DNA of 64,000 nucleotides from NCBI RefSeq assembly GCF_057098645.1, contig NZ_CM169472.1; one strand, 5' to 3'. Shown piece by piece: positions 62,846 to 64,000 of this stretch (position 1 is its first letter; each line of letters starts with the position of its first letter). The notes under the pieces were generated by a model. It saw only the letters and a program-made list of their open reading frames with translations, ran no database searches and was not told where the DNA came from. The position numbers and the translations under genes were made by a program.

Positions 62846-64000
62846 TTACTCTTCGCTATCACCGCTGCTGGCACGGCGAGGAGAGTCGATCTCAACACGA
62901 TCGATACGCTGCAAACCGCGCATCAACGTACCGCGGCGTCCACGTTCGCCAGTGACTTTCTGTAGCTCTTCCGGACGCAGTTTAATTTTGCGTTTCCCAA
63001 CATGAATGGTCAGCGTGCTTTGCGGCGGCAGAACGTACAGTTGCGCCAGACCATCCTCGCCACGCGCGGCTTCTGCCGATGGAATGTTGATAATCTTGTT
63101 GCCTTTGCCCTTCGACAGCTGCGGCAGATCACTTACCGGGAACATCAACATACGGCCTGCCTGAGTGATTGCCAGCAGCATATCGGAAGCATCTTCAATT
63201 ACCACCGGCGGCATAACATGGGCATTTTCCGGTAAGGTGATCAAAGCCTTACCTGCACGGTTACGCGCCACCAGATCGTTAAAGGTGCAGACGAAACCGT
63301 AACCCGCATCGGAAGCCATCAGCAGTTTCTGATCGTCGCTTTCCATCAGCATATGGTCAACGGTCGCCCCAGGCGGCAACGTTAATTTGCCGGTGAGCGG
63401 TTCGCCCTGACCACGCGCCGACGGCAGCGTAATCGGGTCGATGGCATAGCTACGACCGGTGGAATCAACAAACACTACCGGTTGGTTGCTCTTACCTTTC
63501 ACCGCCGCTTTGAAGCTATCACCCGCTTTATAATTCAGGCCCGGCGCGTCGATATCATGGCCTTTAGCGCTGCGTACCCAGCCCATCTGCGACAGCACAA
63601 TGGTGATAGGTTCAGACGGCAGCATGTCGTGCTCGCTCATCGCTTTCGCTTCTTCGCGTTCCTGCAACGGCGAACGACGATCGTCACCGTAGGCTTGTGC
63701 GTCTGCCTGCAGTTCTTTCTTCAGCAGGTTATTCATTTTACGCTCGGAAGCCAAAATGCCCTGCAACTGGTCGCGCTCTTTTTCCAGCTCACTCTGCTCA
63801 CCGCGAATCTTCATCTCTTCCAGTTTGGCAAGATGACGCAGTTTCAGTTCGAGGATCGCTTCCGCCTGGGTTTCCGTAAGGCCAAACCGCGACATCAGCG
63901 CCGGTTTCGGTTCATCTTCATTACGAATGATCTCAATCACTTCGTCGATATTGAGAAACGCCACCAGCAAACCTTCGAGGATATGCAGGCGCTTGAGGAC
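62846..64000 (-). CDS. parC: DNA topoisomerase IV subunit A, C-terminal part (5' end beyond window)
   Basis: ORF open to window end; C-terminal sequence ...[10 protein letters not shown] matches ParC. Confidence 0.9.
   Translation of the reverse strand, partial: VLKRLHILEGLLVAFLNIDEVIEIIRNEDEPKPALMSRFGLTETQAEAILELKLRHLAKLEEMKIRGEQSELEKERDQLQGILASERKMNNLLKKELQADAQAYGDDRRSPLQEREEAKAMSEHDMLPSEPITIVLSQMGWVRSAKGHDIDAPGLNYKAGDSFKAAVKGKSNQPVVFVDSTGRSYAIDPITLPSARGQGEPLTGKLTLPPGATVDHMLMESDDQKLLMASDAGYGFVCTFNDLVARNRAGKALITLPENAHVMPPVVIEDASDMLLAITQAGRMLMFPVSDLPQLSKGKGNKIINIPSAEAARGEDGLAQLYVLPPQSTLTIHVGKRKIKLRPEELQKVTGERGRRGTLMRGLQRIDRVEIDSPRRASSGDSEE

Overview
The window looks like Escherichia coli / Shigella chromosome. 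From about 11.5 kb to the end it is colinear with the K-12 glcA-to-parC segment as I remember it: glc operon, pitB, gss, yghU, the hyb hydrogenase-2 operon, gpr, exbBD, metC, yqhC-yqhD-dkgA, ygiQ, ftsP, plsC and the 3' part of parC. Two accessory blocks interrupt this. (i) 1-11.5 kb holds a gentisate / 3-hydroxybenzoate catabolic cluster (mhbRTDHIM-like), then an IS graveyard: an IS4-like remnant, a 3'-truncated IS66-family element fused in frame to a CdiA-CT-like PT-VENN toxin stub, and an intact IS629. This is followed by a truncated ToxR-like winged-helix regulator and a 1.4 kb AT-rich tract with no ORFs. (ii) 21-34 kb, between yghO and yghQ, where K-12 (from memory) carries only an IS5, holds a convergent two-operon locus. 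The plus strand encodes a fatty acyl-AMP/ACP ligase, an SDR reductase, a dedicated ACP and a serine-palmitoyltransferase-like alpha-oxoamine synthase. The minus strand encodes yghS, yghR, yghQ (flippase-like), an ORFan, a YtfJ paralog and a second LptF/LptG-like permease pair. The adjacent GNAT-like N-acyltransferase yghO carries a single in-frame TGA. I interpret this as a candidate sphingolipid/ceramide-like lipid synthesis and export system; it is the most interesting feature of the window and rests on motif reading, not on searches. No rRNA, tRNA or CRISPR array was seen. All K-12 comparisons are from memory and coordinates of non-CDS features are approximate.
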